A stretch of DNA of 64,000 nucleotides from Candidatus Latescibacterota bacterium (GCA_965221775.1 CBDCSU010000004.1:1116011-1180010); one strand, 5' to 3'; positions 1-9,515 are shown, numbered from the stretch's first letter. A program made the numbers and translations. The notes: generated by a model not told the origin, from the letters alone.

Positions 1-954
1 CCGGGGGCCGGGGGCCGTGGCCGCCGCGGCGCCCTGAGAGGATGCGGCCGCAGACCGGGACCGGGTGGAGGGCGCCGCCGGGGGGGGTGTGGCCGCCGCC
101 GTGCCGGCCGCCGCCGCATCCTCCGCTTCGATCCGCCGCGAGCGTTCGATCGCCTGCCGCACCCGCGGGTCGAGGCCTGCCTCGGCGGCGACCGCCACCG
201 GTCTCTTCATGACCTTGTCCTCGGGAGTCGGACGCGGGCGCAGGCCCTCCGGACGGCCGCGCAGCACCAGCGGCCCCTGCCACCAGATCCAGCGGTCCCG
301 GCCGCTGCCGATCTTGGCGCCCACCGCCCGGCCCGGCTGGTCGGCGTCGACGAACAGGAAGAGGGCGTCGAACTCGTCCCCGGGCTGCGGCCAGGCCCCG
401 AGCCAGGTCCAGGGGATGGCCATCTCGAAGGTGCGCGCCCGGCCGCGGACCCGGGAGGCGACCTCCACCGGCGGGCGTTCCACCGGCGCCCGGCGCTGGC
501 GCCCGCCCCACCAGTACGGGAGGGAGCCGCCGTCGCCGCCGCCGGGAGGGGCGAACCACAGGTTGTAGCCGGCGTCGGCCCCGGGCTCGCGCACGAAGAG
601 CTTCATGTGGTCGTAGTAGAACATGCGGTCCTTGCGCTCGCCGGCGGGCCCGTGCCACTCGCGCTCGGCGGGCGGGACCCGGCCGGCGTCGAGGGTGTCG
701 TCGTGGACCGCCGCGGCCACGTAGAGGTGGCGGGCGTCCCACTGCACGAGAACCACCGCCTCGTGGTCGAGAGCGTCGGCGAATACGCCGCGCAGCCCGA
801 CCCCGTCGGCGGCGGGCTCGACCGGGATCCAGGCGGCCTCCCCCCACTCGCGCAGGTCGCCGTCGAGGGCGACGGGACGCGACGGCAGCGGCACATCGAC
901 GGCCGTTGCCGGGGCCGCCAGCAGCAGCGCGAGGAGGGCGGCGGAGCGGTTCAG
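1..954 (-). CDS. Secreted CBM9/DOMON-like sugar-binding protein (partial, runs off left end; CTG start)
   Basis: Not in ORF track. Open minus frame reads LNRSAALLALLLAAPATA (signal peptide) then VALDGDLREW...VQWDARHLYVAAAVHDD, typical of CBM9-like domains. CTG at 954-952 overlaps the upstream TGA. Confidence 0.65.
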   Translation of the reverse strand, partial: MNRSAALLALLLAAPATAVDVPLPSRPVALDGDLREWGEAAWIPVEPAADGVGLRGVFADALDHEAVVLVQWDARHLYVAAAVHDDTLDAGRVPPAEREWHGPAGERKDRMFYYDHMKLFVREPGADAGYNLWFAPPGGGDGGSLPYWWGGRQRRAPVERPPVEVASRVRGRARTFEMAIPWTWLGAWPQPGDEFDALFLFVDADQPGRAVGAKIGSGRDRWIWWQGPLVLRGRPEGLRPRPTPEDKVMKRPVAVAAEAGLDPRVRQAIERSRRIEAEDAAAAGTAAATPPPAAPSTRSRSAAASSQGAAAATAPGPR

Positions 955-1481
955 CCCGAGGCCTCCCGTCTGCGGGAGACGGCCCAGACCGCGTCGGGGT
1001 CGGCCATCTCCACCCGGTGCACGCCCTCGGGGAACCGGGACTGCAGGTTCGCGTAGCTGTGCTGCATCTCTTCGTCCGGGTAGACCCACTCGTGCAGGTA
1101 GTGGACGGAGGAGATCCGCGCCTGCAGCAGCTCCTTGGTGCAGCCGAAGCAGGGGCGCATCGTCGAGTAGAGGACGGCGCCCTCGGTGGCGATGCCGAAG
1201 CGCGCCGCCGCGAGCAGGGCGTTCTGCTCGGCGTGGACGCAGATGCAGATGTCGTAGGCCCGGCCCGAGACGAAGCGCTGGCGGTCGGCGCAGCGGACGC
1301 ACCCCCCCTCGGTGCAGTTGGTCATGTTGGCCGGGGTGCCGTTGTACCCGGTGGAGATGATGCGGTCCTCGAGCACCAGGACCGCCCCGATGCGGTTGCC
1401 GAGGCAGTCGGCGCGGGCCCTCACGGCCATGGCGATGCCCATGTAGTAGGCGGCGCGCTCCGGCCGGGCGTGGTCGCTCAC
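951..1481 (-). CDS. dCMP deaminase (ComEB-like) family protein
   Basis: IISTGYNG, HAEQNAL and PCFGC zinc-deaminase motifs. Confidence 0.92.
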   Translation of the reverse strand: MSDHARPERAAYYMGIAMAVRARADCLGNRIGAVLVLEDRIISTGYNGTPANMTNCTEGGCVRCADRQRFVSGRAYDICICVHAEQNALLAAARFGIATEGAVLYSTMRPCFGCTKELLQARISSVHYLHEWVYPDEEMQHSYANLQSRFPEGVHRVEMADPDAVWAVSRRREASG

Positions 1482-1578
1482 CGGCCCGTCTCCGTCGTCA
1501 TTTGCCGCGGCTCCGGTCCGGTCGGATACTTAGCTCCATCCTCTTTCACCTTCTCCTTCCCGCTCGAAGGAGGTGCCG

Positions 1579-1710
1579 TTGAACCCTCGCGAACAGCGGA
1601 TCATGGCCGCCATCGGAGCGGTCGCCGCCATCTACTTCTTCGGATTCAACTCCGTCTACCTGTTCCTCATCGCCGGCGTCATCTACTACATCCTGCGCAA
1701 CCGCACCTGA
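1579..1710 (+). CDS. Small hydrophobic membrane protein, 43 aa
   Basis: Strong SD AAGGAGGT then TTG; MNPREQRIMAAIGAVAAIYFFGFNSVYLFLIAGVIYYILRNRT; GC3-rich codons. Confidence 0.7.
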   Translation: MNPREQRIMAAIGAVAAIYFFGFNSVYLFLIAGVIYYILRNRT

Positions 1711-1716
1711 CGGCGG

Positions 1717-2259
1717 TCACCCGGCGCCGTGCACATCCCGGACCTCGCCCCGCCGACGCGCCTCCAGGTGCCGGCGGATGCTCGTCAGCCGTTTCCCTCC
1801 CAACCCCTTCACCCCGTCCAGTCCGCCCGCCTCCAGCCGCCGTTCCAGGGCCTCGAGCCCGTCGATGCCCAGCTCCAGGAAGAGGGTGCGGGCCATCTTG
1901 GCGCCGAGACCGGGGATGTCGCGCAGCTCGAGGACCGACTCGGGCACCCGCCGCTTCCAGTCCTCCCACTTGCCGCAGGTCCCGGTGTCGACCAGCTCGG
2001 TGAGCAGCGCCTGGATGGTGGGACCCACGCTCGGCAGCTCCTTCAGCCGGCCCTCGTGCCTCAGCCTCTCCAGCGACTCGGGCCAGCGGCTGACGGTGTA
2101 CGACAGCCGCTTGTAGACCGTGGCGTGCGACTCCTCGTAGCCGCCGATGACGAGGTAGTCGGCCAGGCGTGAGAGCCGGTCGCCGATCCGCTCGTTCCGC
2201 TCCCAGCGGGTGCGCCCCTTGCCGTCGGTGCGCGAACGGTCCGACGCCTCGACGCTCAC
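1717..2259 (-). CDS. Stand-alone DNA polymerase X N-terminal (8-kDa/HhH fingers) domain protein
   Basis: NERIGDRLSRLADYL...LPSVGPTI...IPGLGAK...VKGLGGK HhH motifs; no palm or PHP domain; GTG start with GGAGG. Confidence 0.8.
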   Translation of the reverse strand: MSVEASDRSRTDGKGRTRWERNERIGDRLSRLADYLVIGGYEESHATVYKRLSYTVSRWPESLERLRHEGRLKELPSVGPTIQALLTELVDTGTCGKWEDWKRRVPESVLELRDIPGLGAKMARTLFLELGIDGLEALERRLEAGGLDGVKGLGGKRLTSIRRHLEARRRGEVRDVHGAG

Positions 2260-2345
2260 CGCCCTGCCTCCAGAAGCACCCGCCTGCCGGTCGTGTCCGC
2301 CATCGTCGTCACCGATTCGAGAAGATACGCACTGCGGGACGGGAC

Positions 2346-3767
2346 GTGATACCCGCACCCGGCTCCGGCCACCGGAGCGCGCCGGCCCTCCTGCTGTGGA
2401 CGGCGGCGGCGCTGATCACGGCCACCGAAGCCTGGTCCCAGGACGGGCTCCAGAACCGGGTGGCCAACACCAGCCTCCTCGTCGACCTGGCCGCCGGGCC
2501 GCCTCCCTCCACGATCTCCGCCACCGGCCTGTACAGCGACATCGAGTCCCGGACCCCGTCGCCGGGACTGGTCCCGTTCTCGGTCAACTCGCCCCTGTGG
2601 TCGGACGGGGCCCACAAGGTCCGCTACCTCGCCCTGCCGGGCCTGTCGCAGATCGAGTTCTCCCGCGGCGGCCCCTGGCGGTTCCCGCCCAACACGGTGC
2701 TGGTGAAGAGCTTCTACCTCGACATGGTGCGGGGCGACCCCTCGTCGCGGCGGATCATCGAGACGAGGCTGCTGATCCGGGCTGGCGACAGCGAGCGCTG
2801 GGAGGGCTTCAGCTACCGCTGGAACGAGGCCGGCACCGACGCCGAGCTGCTGATCCCGGGGGGCACCGCGCGCTACGAGATCGTCGATGCAGCGGCCCCC
2901 GGCGGCCGCGCCCACGTGGACTACCGCTTCCCCGCCTCGGAGGACTGCAGCCGCTGCCACACCGCCCAGGTGGGACAGGTGCTCGGCGTGAGGACCGCCC
3001 AGCTCAACGGCTTCCACGACTACGGCGGCGTCTCCGCCCACCAGCTGGAGACCTGGAACCGCCTCGGCCTGTTCACCGAGGACATCGGCGGTGGCTTCGA
3101 GGAGCTCCCGCGGTGGGAGGACCCCGCCGACGGCTCGGCCTCGCTGTCCGGGCGGGCGCGGTCCTACCTGGCGGCCAACTGCGCCAACTGCCATCGGCCC
3201 GGCGGCCTGCGGCGCACCGAGATCGACCTGCGCTACGAGACGGAACTGGAGGCCGCCGGCATCGTGGACGTTCCCCCCAACCTCGGCGTGGACGGCTTCG
3301 ACCGGCGCATCCTCTTGCCCGGCGACGGGGGGAACTCCGTCCTCGTCCTGCGCATGCTGGCCCTCGACGACCGGCGCATGCCGCCCCTGGCCTCGGGGGT
3401 CATCGACGAGGAAGGGGTGCGGATCGTCTCGCGCTGGATCGACGCTCTCGGCGAGCCGACGGCCGTCTCCGGCCCCCTGCCCTCCCCCAAGGCCCCGACC
3501 CTGCTGAGGGGTTGGCCCAACCCCTTCAACGCCTCCACCACGATCGCCTGGTCCCTGGCGCAGGGAGGGCGGGTCGACCTCGCCGTCCACGATGTCGCCG
3601 GCCGGCGGGTCCGCACCCTGGTCTCGTCCCGGCTCGCGGCGGGAGAGCACCAGGCCCGCTGGGACGGCCGCGACGACAGCGGCGCGCCGGCGGCCAGCGG
3701 CGTCTACCTGGCGCGCGTGCGGACGACGGCCGAAACGCGCACCTTCAAGCTGACCCTGCTTCGATGA
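2346..3767 (+). CDS. Secreted SO2930-like diheme c-type cytochrome with FlgD-Ig/T9SS-type C-terminal domain
   Basis: Signal peptide, VNSPLWSDGAHK, CSRCH and CANCH heme motifs, PNPFN...WDGRDDSG..ASGVY...KLTLLR; start approximate. Confidence 0.8.
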   Translation: MIPAPGSGHRSAPALLLWTAAALITATEAWSQDGLQNRVANTSLLVDLAAGPPPSTISATGLYSDIESRTPSPGLVPFSVNSPLWSDGAHKVRYLALPGLSQIEFSRGGPWRFPPNTVLVKSFYLDMVRGDPSSRRIIETRLLIRAGDSERWEGFSYRWNEAGTDAELLIPGGTARYEIVDAAAPGGRAHVDYRFPASEDCSRCHTAQVGQVLGVRTAQLNGFHDYGGVSAHQLETWNRLGLFTEDIGGGFEELPRWEDPADGSASLSGRARSYLAANCANCHRPGGLRRTEIDLRYETELEAAGIVDVPPNLGVDGFDRRILLPGDGGNSVLVLRMLALDDRRMPPLASGVIDEEGVRIVSRWIDALGEPTAVSGPLPSPKAPTLLRGWPNPFNASTTIAWSLAQGGRVDLAVHDVAGRRVRTLVSSRLAAGEHQARWDGRDDSGAPAASGVYLARVRTTAETRTFKLTLLR

Positions 3768-3790
3768 CGCGCCCCCGCGAAAGGAAGCCG

Positions 3791-5374
3791 ATGCACCCTC
3801 TCGCCCTCTCCCTCCTGACGGCCGCCGTCTTCCTCGCCGGCCCCGCCAGCGCCCAGTTCGAGATCGGCGGCGACCCGCGCGTGAACCCGGAGGACTTCAC
3901 CATCACCACCTACGCCGGCGGCCTCAACTTCCCCGTGGGCATGGCCGAGCTGGACGACGGCTCGATCCTCACCGCCGTGGCCAACGGCCCCACCCTCTTC
4001 GGCAGCGCCTCGGGGAGCCTCCTGCGCCTCGTCGACGACGACGGCGACGCCATCGCCGACCGCTGGATCCGGCTCGAGGAGGAGCTGGCCGTGGGCGGTC
4101 CCACGGCCCTCGACCGGGCCGGCGAGCTGCTCTTCGTCACCGGCCAGGGGCAGCCGATCCTCATCCTTCACATGGGTCCGGAGCCCGACTACGAGATCAC
4201 CCAGGTGGGCCGCATCGACCTCAACGACGCCTCCCTGCTGCACCCCAACTCCGCCCTGGCGGCGCGGCAGGTGGACGGCGTCTACGAGCTGTTCTTCCCC
4301 CTCGGCTCGGCGGTGAACTTCGCGAAGACCACCCAGACCCGGCCCCTCGTCAGCGACTTCGGCCTCGCCGCCGACCTGGCCTGCGACGCCATCCACCGCC
4401 TCACCTTCCGCTTCGACGGCGGGACGATCACCGAGGCGGAGGTGATCCAGATCGCCACCGGCCTGCGCTCGGCCTCGGGGCTCGCCTTCCACCCCGAGAC
4501 GGGGGATCTCTACTTCGAGGACAACGGCATCGACGGGCTGCAGAACGCCATCGAGGCCCACAGCGCCGACGAGATCAACATGATCCCCAACGACGAGCTC
4601 GGCGGCGAGATCGAGGACTTCGGCTTCCCCGACCACTACATCGCCTACCGCACCGGCGAGTTCGTCGGCGGCGGCGCCATCCCGCCGCTGGTCGCCTTCC
4701 TGCCCCTGCCCGACCCGGCCACCGGCTCCGAGGCCGAGGGCCCCAACGAGATCGCCTTCGCCCCGCCCGGGTTCCCGCCGGGGCTCAACAACGGCCTCTT
4801 CGTCGGCTTCCACGGCCAGTTCTTCCTCGGCGGCCGCGCCAACGAGGAGAACCCCCTGGTCTACGTCGACCTCGAGACGCGGGAGTACTTCCACTTCATC
4901 AGCAACGAGGAGCCCGCCGTGGGCCACCTCGACGGGCTGCTCTCCTCGGGCGACCGGCTCTACGTCTCCGACATCGCCAACCGCGGCGGCCTCGGCTACG
5001 ATGACCGCAACTCCGGGGCGATCTACGTGATCCGCTACACCGGCCCCGACCTCACCGCCGTCAGCGAGCTCTCCGTCTCCCGGCCCGAGGGGTTCTCCCT
5101 GGACCGGGCCTTCCCCAACCCCTTCAACCCCTCCACGACGATCCGCTTCACCGTGCCCGAGGGGGCGCGCCAGGCGGCGCGGCTGGACGTCCACGACCTG
5201 ACGGGCCGCCGGGTGCGGCGCCTCTTCGACGAGGTGGTGAGCGGCGGCGCCCGGGCCGTCGCCTGGGACGGCCGCGACGACGCCGGGCGTCCGGCGGCCA
5301 GCGGCACCTACGTGTACCGCCTCGTCTGCGGCGACAGGTTCACCGCCGCGGGACGGGTGACCCTGCTCAAGTGA
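3791..5374 (+). CDS. Secreted PQQ-dependent sugar dehydrogenase-like beta-propeller with T9SS-type C-terminal domain
   Basis: Signal peptide; GLNFPVGM, ATGLRSASGLAFHP, DEIN, DFGFP; PNPFNPST...WDGRDDAG..ASGTY...RVTLLK. Confidence 0.8.
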   Translation: MHPLALSLLTAAVFLAGPASAQFEIGGDPRVNPEDFTITTYAGGLNFPVGMAELDDGSILTAVANGPTLFGSASGSLLRLVDDDGDAIADRWIRLEEELAVGGPTALDRAGELLFVTGQGQPILILHMGPEPDYEITQVGRIDLNDASLLHPNSALAARQVDGVYELFFPLGSAVNFAKTTQTRPLVSDFGLAADLACDAIHRLTFRFDGGTITEAEVIQIATGLRSASGLAFHPETGDLYFEDNGIDGLQNAIEAHSADEINMIPNDELGGEIEDFGFPDHYIAYRTGEFVGGGAIPPLVAFLPLPDPATGSEAEGPNEIAFAPPGFPPGLNNGLFVGFHGQFFLGGRANEENPLVYVDLETREYFHFISNEEPAVGHLDGLLSSGDRLYVSDIANRGGLGYDDRNSGAIYVIRYTGPDLTAVSELSVSRPEGFSLDRAFPNPFNPSTTIRFTVPEGARQAARLDVHDLTGRRVRRLFDEVVSGGARAVAWDGRDDAGRPAASGTYVYRLVCGDRFTAAGRVTLLK

Positions 5375-5381
5375 GGATGCC

Positions 5382-6296
5382 ATGAGGCCGGAGCTGCTCT
5401 CTCTCACCCGGGTCTGGGACCGGGCCCCCCACAGCGCCTTCACCGACCTGCTGCGCCACCGCGGCCGCTGGTGGTGCACCTTCCGCGAGGCCGACGATCA
5501 CGGCCCCAGCCTCGGCACCCTGCGGGTCCTCTCCTCGACCGACGGCGCGGGCTGGACCAGCGCCGCCGAAATCGCCGAGGCCGGCGTCGACCTGCGCGAC
5601 CCCAAGCTCTCGGTGACGCCCGGCGGCCGCATGATGCTGCTCACCTGCGCCTGCGTCTACGACGAGGGCAACGAGTATCAAACGCGCTCGCCGAGGGTGT
5701 GCTTCTCCGACGACGGGGAGAGCTGGACGACGCCGGCCCGCTTTCTGGCCGAGGACCACTGGCTGTGGCGCGTGACCTGGCACGGGGAGGTCGGCTACGG
5801 CGTCTCCAAGCTGGGCGAGGGCGACCACCCGCGCCGGGGGTTCCTCTACCGCACGCGGGACGGCCTGGAGTGGGAGTGGCTCACCGAGTTCCTCCTGCCC
5901 CGGGAGACGTGGACGGCGAGCGAGACGACGGTGCGGATCCTGCCCGACGAGCGCATGGTGGCCCTGGTGCGGCCCAACTGGATCGGCGTGAGCGAGCCGC
6001 CGTACCGGGACTTCGGGTGGACCGAGCTGGAGGAGCGCATGGGGGGGCCGAACTTCCTGGTCCTGCCCGGCGGCGCCATGTGGGCCTGCGCCCGGGGACG
6101 GCACCTCGACGGCGGCGCCGCCACCGTCCTGTCACGGATGACGCCGACGGAGTACGAGCCCGTCATGCGGCTGCCGAGCGGCGGCGACTGCTCCTACCCG
6201 GGCATGGTCTGGCACGACGGCCTGCTGTGGATGAGCTACTACTCCTCCCACGAGGGCAAGGCCTGCATCTACCTGGCGAGGCTCCGCCTGCCCTGA
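5382..6296 (+). CDS. BNR/Asp-box (sialidase-fold) protein
   Basis: HSAFTDL, SxDGxxW Asp-boxes, DLRDPKL, GGDCSYPG. Confidence 0.8.
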   Translation: MRPELLSLTRVWDRAPHSAFTDLLRHRGRWWCTFREADDHGPSLGTLRVLSSTDGAGWTSAAEIAEAGVDLRDPKLSVTPGGRMMLLTCACVYDEGNEYQTRSPRVCFSDDGESWTTPARFLAEDHWLWRVTWHGEVGYGVSKLGEGDHPRRGFLYRTRDGLEWEWLTEFLLPRETWTASETTVRILPDERMVALVRPNWIGVSEPPYRDFGWTELEERMGGPNFLVLPGGAMWACARGRHLDGGAATVLSRMTPTEYEPVMRLPSGGDCSYPGMVWHDGLLWMSYYSSHEGKACIYLARLRLP

Positions 6297-6327
6297 GGGA
6301 TCGGCGCCCGGCGCGGTTCCCCCCGCC

Positions 6328-7011
6328 TCAGGAGTCCGCGTCGAGCATGGCCTGCACCTCCCCGGCGACGCCGTCCACCACGGCCTTCATGATCGCCTGG
6401 CCCTTCTCGAGGCTGGCCTTCTTCGCGTTCGCGTAGTTGACGCCGCCGACGCGGACCCGCTGCGGGAAGCGCGCCAGGGCGAAGGAGGTCTCGAACTCGC
6501 CGGCGTGGCCCGCGGAGCGCTCCAGCTCGAGGTTGGCCTCGTACCACTCCTGGCTCACCGTCTCCCAGTAGGTCACGTAGCGCACGCCCATGGCGTCGAG
6601 CCGGGCCAGGCCCTCGGGGGCCTTGGTCTCCATGTTCTTCCTCTTGTTGCCGCCGTGGCCGTTGACCACCATCACCTTGTTCACGCCGAGGCGCATGAGG
6701 CTGTCGCAGACGTCGTGGACCGTCTCCATATGGACCTCGGCGCGCACCGTGAGGGCCCCGCCCCGGGCCATGTGGTGCTCGGAGACGGTCATGGGGATGG
6801 TGGGGGCCACGATCACCCGCGGCCAGAACCGCAGGGCCGCGCGGCGGACGATCTCGGTGACCGACGCCGTGTCGTGGATCATGGCCAGGTGGTCCTGGTG
6901 CTGCTCGGTGGCGCCCGTGGGCACGATGCCGGCCTCGATCGTGCCGTCGGCCACGGCGTCGTTGAACTCCTTCCGCGTCAGCTCCCCGAAGTGGACGTTG
7001 CCCGGTCGCAT
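6328..7011 (-). CDS. Creatininase family amidohydrolase
   Basis: PTGATEQH..HL..D, NGHGGN, HAGEFETS; start set at the ATG after GGAGAG. Confidence 0.9.
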   Translation of the reverse strand: MRPGNVHFGELTRKEFNDAVADGTIEAGIVPTGATEQHQDHLAMIHDTASVTEIVRRAALRFWPRVIVAPTIPMTVSEHHMARGGALTVRAEVHMETVHDVCDSLMRLGVNKVMVVNGHGGNKRKNMETKAPEGLARLDAMGVRYVTYWETVSQEWYEANLELERSAGHAGEFETSFALARFPQRVRVGGVNYANAKKASLEKGQAIMKAVVDGVAGEVQAMLDADS

Positions 7012-7090
7012 CGACTCTCTCCTGTGACTACGATTTGAACCGCCGAGTGCAAGTATAGCCCTTCGCCCCCACCCGATCAGGAGACCGGAC

Positions 7091-7423
7091 ATGTACTCCA
7101 CCGCCCTCGTCATGCGCCTGCGCCCCGGCGGTTACGCCGGCTACAAGAAAGCCCACGACGAGCTCTGGCCCGAGATCAACCGCTCCATGGCCGACCACGG
7201 CGTCAGCATGGGCATCTACCGCCACGGCGACCTGCTCTTCCTCTTCGCCTGCGCCCCCACCGAGGCCGACTGGGAGGCGAGCCGGGAGTACCCGATCCTG
7301 GAGGAGTGGACCAAGTACATGCGCGAGTACCTCGACGACGGCGACGACGGGGAGCTGTTCTTCGAGCCCCTCGAGGAGGCCTTCGTCTTCGGCCTCTTCG
7401 ACGTGGAGGGAATGCACCGATGA
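7091..7423 (+). CDS. rhaM: L-rhamnose mutarotase family protein
   Basis: MRLRPG..GYKKAHDELWPE, W..YM; 110 aa. Confidence 0.8.
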   Translation: MYSTALVMRLRPGGYAGYKKAHDELWPEINRSMADHGVSMGIYRHGDLLFLFACAPTEADWEASREYPILEEWTKYMREYLDDGDDGELFFEPLEEAFVFGLFDVEGMHR

Positions 7424-8433
7424 AGACCCGGGAGCTGGTCGTCGTCGAGCCCGGGCGGATCGAGCTGCAGGAGGCGGACCTCGACGAGGCGCTGGCCCCT
7501 CACGAGATCCTGGTGGAGACGGAGCACTCCATCGTCTCCGCCGGCACCGAGGGCGCCGGGTTCACCGGCCTGGTGAGGCAGATGCCCTTCGGCGACGCCG
7601 GCCGCTACCCCCGCGGCACCGGCTACGGCAACCTCGGCCGCGTCCTCGCCGCCGGCTCACCCGACCTCGGCTGCGCCCCCGGGGACCGGGTCCTCACCTT
7701 CGCCCGCCACGCCTCGCACGCCAAAGCCGACGCCGGCCGCTTCGCCCTGCCCGTGCCGTCCGGACCGCCGGGGGAGCACCTCGTCTTCGCGCGCATGGCC
7801 GGCGTGTCGATCTCGGCCCTGCGCTCCTCCTCCGTGCAGCCGGGAGACGCGGTCCTCGTCATCGGCATGGGCCTGGTGGGCAACCTCGCCGCCCAGCTCT
7901 TCCGTATGGCCGGCGCCGAAGTGGCCGTGGCGGATCTGTCCGGCCTGCGGCTCCAGCGCGCCCGCCAGTGCGGCATCGAGCGCGTCATCCACCCGCCCGG
8001 CGAGGACCTGGTGGAGGCGGTGAAGGAGTGGACCGGCGGCGAGGGGGCGCGCATCACCGTGGAGGCCATCGGCATCAGCGAGGTCATCGCCCGGGCCGTG
8101 GACTGCACCGCCCGCCACGGCGAGGTGATCCTCCTCGGCAGCCCGCGGGCCCCGGCCTCCTTCGACGCCACCCCCATGCTCCTGCGCATCCACCTGGAGG
8201 CGATCCGCATGATCGGCGCCCTGGAGTGGCGCTGGCCGCAGCACCCCACCGAGCGCACCCGCGACCTGGACAGCAACTACCGCCAGCTGGCCGACTGGAT
8301 CGCCGCGGGCCGGCTGCGGGTGGAGCCGCTGCTGACGCACCTGGTCTCGCCGGCGGAGTGCCAGCGCATGTACGACGGGCTCGCCCACCGGCGGGAGGAG
8401 TACCTGGGGGTGGTGTTCGACTGGGGGATGTAG
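7420..8433 (+). CDS. MDR/zinc-binding alcohol dehydrogenase family
   Basis: SIVSAGTE, GYGNLG, GMGLVG Rossmann motif; ATGA overlap with rhaM. Confidence 0.88.
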   Translation: MKTRELVVVEPGRIELQEADLDEALAPHEILVETEHSIVSAGTEGAGFTGLVRQMPFGDAGRYPRGTGYGNLGRVLAAGSPDLGCAPGDRVLTFARHASHAKADAGRFALPVPSGPPGEHLVFARMAGVSISALRSSSVQPGDAVLVIGMGLVGNLAAQLFRMAGAEVAVADLSGLRLQRARQCGIERVIHPPGEDLVEAVKEWTGGEGARITVEAIGISEVIARAVDCTARHGEVILLGSPRAPASFDATPMLLRIHLEAIRMIGALEWRWPQHPTERTRDLDSNYRQLADWIAAGRLRVEPLLTHLVSPAECQRMYDGLAHRREEYLGVVFDWGM

Positions 8434-8472
8434 GGGTGCGGTCCGGGAATCCCCTCGGACAACCGCCGAGCT

Positions 8473-8501
8473 TTGCATAGTGATACCTCCCTTGGTACCA
8501 T
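8473..8501 (+). promoter_or_regulatory. sigma70-type promoter of hicAB with overlapping imperfect palindrome (putative HicB operator)
   Basis: TTGCAT-17nt-TACCAT with extended TGn; TGATACC-N6-GGTACCA at 8481-8500; ATG 9 nt downstream without SD. Confidence 0.65.
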
Positions 8502-8510
8502 TCAACCGTC

Positions 8511-8765
8511 ATGCGAACCAAGCACCGGCGCACTCTGGAGGGTGTGCTCAAGACGCCGACGCCGGCAGGTATCCGATGGACGGACATCATTGCCATGCTG
8601 GGAGCAGCAGGCGTGGAGGTATCCCAGCGTTCGGGATCGCGCATACTGCTGAAGAAGGGAGCGGAACGAATGGTGGTTCACCGGCCCCATCCAGAGCCAG
8701 AGACAGGGAGAGCGACTGTACGCGCCATTGCCGGGTTCCTAAGAGCCGCAGGAGTCAAACCATGA
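8511..8765 (+). CDS. hicA: Type II TA toxin, HicA family
   Basis: 84 aa; IRWTDI..ML...GSR...HRPHP. Confidence 0.9.
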   Translation: MRTKHRRTLEGVLKTPTPAGIRWTDIIAMLGAAGVEVSQRSGSRILLKKGAERMVVHRPHPEPETGRATVRAIAGFLRAAGVKP

Positions 8766-9088
8766 TGAAGTACAAGGGATATACCGCCGAGGTCGAGTTC
8801 GACGACTCCGTGGGGCGTCTCCACGGACGGGTCGTAAACAGCGGACCCTATCCGATTGCCACTTTTGAGGCAACCGATGTCGAGGGGATTCGGCGCGAGT
8901 TCCACCACTCCATTGACGAGTACCTCCAGTCCTGTGAAGAAGACGGCGTGGAGCCTCGGAAGCCTTTCTCAGGCAAGCTCAACCTGCGGCTGGGGCCAGA
9001 CTTGCATCAGCGCGTTGCACGCTCGGCGGCGGAGAGCGGTCTGAGCCTGAACAGTTGGATCACCCAAGCCCTTGAGAAGAGCCTGTGA
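8762..9088 (+). CDS. hicB: Type II TA antitoxin, HicB family (RHH C-terminus)
   Basis: MMKYKGYTA.VEFD...SIDEYL..C...PRKPFSGKLNLR...SLNSWI; ATGA overlap with hicA. Confidence 0.93.
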   Translation: MMKYKGYTAEVEFDDSVGRLHGRVVNSGPYPIATFEATDVEGIRREFHHSIDEYLQSCEEDGVEPRKPFSGKLNLRLGPDLHQRVARSAAESGLSLNSWITQALEKSL

Positions 9089-9154
9089 GAGCAATGCCCG
9101 CCAAGTTTGAGCCAGGATCCCCTCGACGCCGGGTCACCACGTCCCCCCGCGCAT

Positions 9155-9472
9155 ATGCTGCACAACATCGTCTCTGCCGTCTATCGGGGCGGCTACCTGG
9201 TCGAGCTGGAGTTCGACGACGGCCAGAGCGGAACCGTTGACTTCGCAGGGTACCTGTAGAGGCGGGGCGTATTCGAGCGTTTCCGGGATCTCGAGTTCTT
9301 CCGGAGCTTCACCATCAACAAGGAACTCGGAATTCTGACGTGGGGCGGCGGGATCGAGATTGCACCCGAAACTCTGTATGCTGCGGCTACGGGGACGGAT
9401 CTTCCGGCCTGGATGACTCCGGATAGATCGCCAGCCGGTCCAACCGGCTGTGAGACGGAAATGCCGGACTGA
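9155..9472 (+). pseudogene. DUF2442-family protein with in-frame TAG at 9257-9259
   Basis: Reads MLHNIVSAVYRGGYLVELEFDDGQSGTVDFAGYL*RRGVFERFRDLEFFRSF...LTWGGGIEIAPETLY. Confidence 0.8.
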
Positions 9473-9515
9473 AGGAACGGAAGGCGCGCCTCGATACCGA
9501 CGTGCCGCGGTAGCC

